From positions 15,688,001-15,752,000 of the forward strand of contig NC_086118.1 in assembly GCF_963921235.1 (NCBI RefSeq): DNA of 64,000 nt. Direction: 5' to 3'. Position numbers and translations under genes: made by a program. Under the pieces are notes generated by a model. That model was not told the origin of the DNA, made no database searches, and saw only the letters and a program-made list of their open reading frames with translations. Of this stretch, positions 61,150 to 64,000 are shown one piece after another. Position 1 is the first letter of the stretch, and each line of letters opens with the position of its first letter. The stretch is from Mobula hypostoma. Its lineage: Eukaryota.

Positions 61150-62420
61150 GCTAGCCGATCAGTTGATTACACACTTTGAAGGCTTTAAAGCCATTCTTGA
61201 TATTTCTGCAATGTAATTTCAACTGGTATAATTGTATTAGAAGTGTAATAACCCAGATGGCATGGATGGGTGGATTAATTAGTTTGCAGATGATATGAAG
61301 AATGGTGATGTTGTGGGTAATGTCGAAGACTGTCAAATGGTACAACAGGATATAGATCAGTTGCAAATATGGGTAGAGAAAAATGGCAGGATGGAGCTTA
61401 ACTTAGCCAAATGTGAAGTGTTGCACTTGGGAGATCGAATATAAAGGGGCAGTACTCTGCTAATGGCAAGACCCTTAACAATGTCAAATGCGGAGGGATC
61501 TTGGGATCCAAGCGTATAGCTCCCTGAAATATTGATAGGATGGTAAACAAGGCACGTGGCATGTTTGGCCTTCATTAGTCAAGGAAATTAGTTCAACTGT
61601 TGGGAAGTTATGTTGCAGATTTATAAAACCCCATTTATAAGCTATATCTGGAGTAGTGCATTCAATTCTGGTCACTCCATTATAGGAAGGATATCAAAGC
61701 TTTGCACAGGGTGTAGATAAATCGTTTTCCCTGGAGCAGCAGAGGCTAAGGAGAGATCTGATAGAGATTTATAAAATTTTGAGAGGCACAGATAGAGTAG
61801 AAAACTGGTATCGTTCTCCCCAGGGTTGAAGATGCCTCAAGAAGGGGACATCCATTATTTAGCACTCTCACTATCCAGGACATGCCCTCTTCTCATTCCT
61901 ACTAACAGGGAGGAGGTACAAGAGCCCAAGTACACACCTCAACATTTTAGGAACAGCTTCTTCCCCTCCACAAATAAATTTCTGATGGTCCACGAACCCA
62001 TGAACACTACCTCACTACCCCTTTTCTGCACTATTTATTTATTTTATTTTTCTATTGGAACTTAAATGATTTTTATGTCTTGCACAGTACTTTCACCCCA
62101 AAAAACAACACATTTCATGACATATGTTGTGATAATCAACCCTATTCCGATTGTGAATTTCTAAAACCAGAGGGCATGCATTTAAAATGAGATAATATGT
62201 GGGGCAAGAATTCGTTACGTAGGAAAAAATAGGTACCTGAAAGCACTAGTTAGTGAAGGAAAATTCTATACAGGCATTCAAGAGGCCCTTAGACAGGTAC
62301 ATGAATGTGCGGAATTTGGAAGAATATGGCCATTGTGTAGGCAGGAGGGATCAGTTGGGCATTGAATTACTAATTTAATAAGTTTGGCAAAACACAGCAG
62401 TCTGTTCTTGCACTGTACTG
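61150..62420 (+). mobile_element. Decayed CR1 RT/3' fragment with a nested LINE tail (~61830-62155)
   Basis: tttgcagatgat (FADD), aaatgtgaagtgttgcac, tttataaaac; nested FRNSFFPS-type tail. Confidence 0.65.
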
Positions 62421-63361
62421 TTCTGTTTTACATGAAACTATAACAATGGCTTGTTTTCACAAAAACTATTAGCATCAACCATAGCCATTTTTCTTGGCAT
62501 ACAATGTGGGTTACAAACAAAATACATTGAAAGCTATTTTGTAAAGAAGATAATCAAATAATTCATAATTTAATTGGCAATAGAAGAGGAAAAATCCTTT
62601 CCAAAATATAACCAACTAAAATTAAATCTTAAATCCCATATCAAGAATAATCGTAATAGATTACAGTATAACATAATGAATAGATTTTAAATCTAAAATA
62701 TTTCTTATTCATCTTCAGTCTAATAAAAAAGTTTCATGTAATAATTAATAATTTTCAGTAAAACAGAAACAAAATATTCTTCTTCTCATGTTCATATTTA
62801 AATGATATAAATACAGAAGAGATCACCATGACTAAAAGTAAAATTAAATTTATTTTAATCTTAATTGCACAACAGTATTTCAGTAACACAGTTATGATTA
62901 ATTGTCCTTATTTTGTGTTATATGCCAACAAGGTGGCCTCCCTAAATGGTTTCCATTCAGAGATTTGCAGCCATTTACAAGTAAAGATTCGTAATGAATT
63001 TGTGTCCAAACGACAGACTGTTCAGTAGGTACTGAATATTACCAAATTTTATACTAAAATACACGTGTAAATATTTAAAACACTTGATATATGTGCACTT
63101 TCAGTTACAGTCCATGTGCGCCCTTTTAGCTCTACAATTCAACTGGTGCACTTGTCAGAAAAAAATTGAGAAACTGTTTCTAACATTGATCACCTAAATT
63201 AATTAACAATTGGATACAAAAAAGTTAGAGAATATTTCTTTGATGTAATAGAGATTGAAATTTTTTATATAAGAATCAGAAATATAAGTAATAATATTTA
63301 AGTTATATTATATCAACATTAAAAAACAATGAAATTAAAGATAATATTAGAAATACTTCCA

Positions 63362-63900
63362 TATAGTCATAGTCATAGAGAAGTACAACACAGAAACAGG
63401 CCCCTCGTTCTATCTAGTCCATGCCAAAACTATTTAAACTACCTACTCCCATCGACCTGCACCAGGACCAAAGCCCTCTGTACCCCTACCATCCATGTAC
63501 TTATCCAAACTTCTCTTAAACATTGAAATCGAGCTTGCTTGCACCACTTGTACTGGCAGCTGATTCCACACTCTCATGACCCTCTGAGTGAAGTACTTTC
63601 CCCTTAAACCTTTCACCCTTAACCTATGACTTCTGGTTGTATTGCCACCCAAACTCAGAGGAAAAAGCCTGCTTGCATTTGCCCAATTTATACTTCTAAT
63701 AAATTTGTGTACCTCTGTCAAATCTCCTCTTAATCTTCTACGTTCTGAGGAATACAGTCCTAACCTATTCAAACTTCCCTTATAACTAGGTCCTCCAGAC
63801 CCAGCTACATCCTTACGAATTTTCTCTGTACTCTTTCAACCTTGTTTACATCTTTCCTATAGGTAGGTGACCAAAACTGCATACAATACTCCAAATATGT
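63362..63900 (-). mobile_element. CR1 3' end
   Basis: LGLYSSERRRLRGDLTEVHK...FTQRVMRVWNQLP; (atagtc)n tail. Confidence 0.85.
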
Positions 63901-64000
63901 CCAGTTATGCAGTTATGCATCGATTTTACTAATGAAAAACTGCGGCAGATGTATTTGTTCTGAACCACAGTCAGTACAAGACAGAAACGGCTGGAAATCC

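Noticed and set aside
56000..64000. A second gene or next MYH paralog
   Set aside because: I found no recognisable exons, only AT-rich DNA and TE remnants.

Overview
This is eukaryotic (vertebrate) genomic DNA. The repeat content (HE1/V-SINE, CR1 LINEs with 7-8-nt tail repeats, Penelope elements) suggests a cartilaginous fish such as a ray or shark; that is an inference. The window holds one intact protein-coding gene: a sarcomeric, fast-skeletal-type myosin heavy chain on the + strand. I traced 39 coding exons by hand (ATG 11605 to TAG 32796-32798; 5814 nt, 1937 aa; all introns GT-AG and phase-consistent). The gene has a TATA promoter at ~10373 and a poly(A) signal at 32887. The rest is mostly decayed, often nested transposons: CR1, L1, Rex1/Babar, HERO, Penelope, two Ty3/Gypsy elements (one a full-length Gmr1-type element with both LTRs), a Harbinger MITE, a Tc1 remnant and tRNA-SINEs. 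The most notable points are: (1) an I-V-P replacement of the conserved M-F-P actin-binding motif; (2) a CpG-retaining island over the first coding exons, alongside CpG-type Arg losses in the rod; (3) an intact Penelope-type minimal hammerhead ribozyme at the innermost level of a four-level TE nest; (4) a young Harbinger MITE that offers a cryptic exon in a rod intron. I found no convincing evidence of a wholly new multi-gene system.
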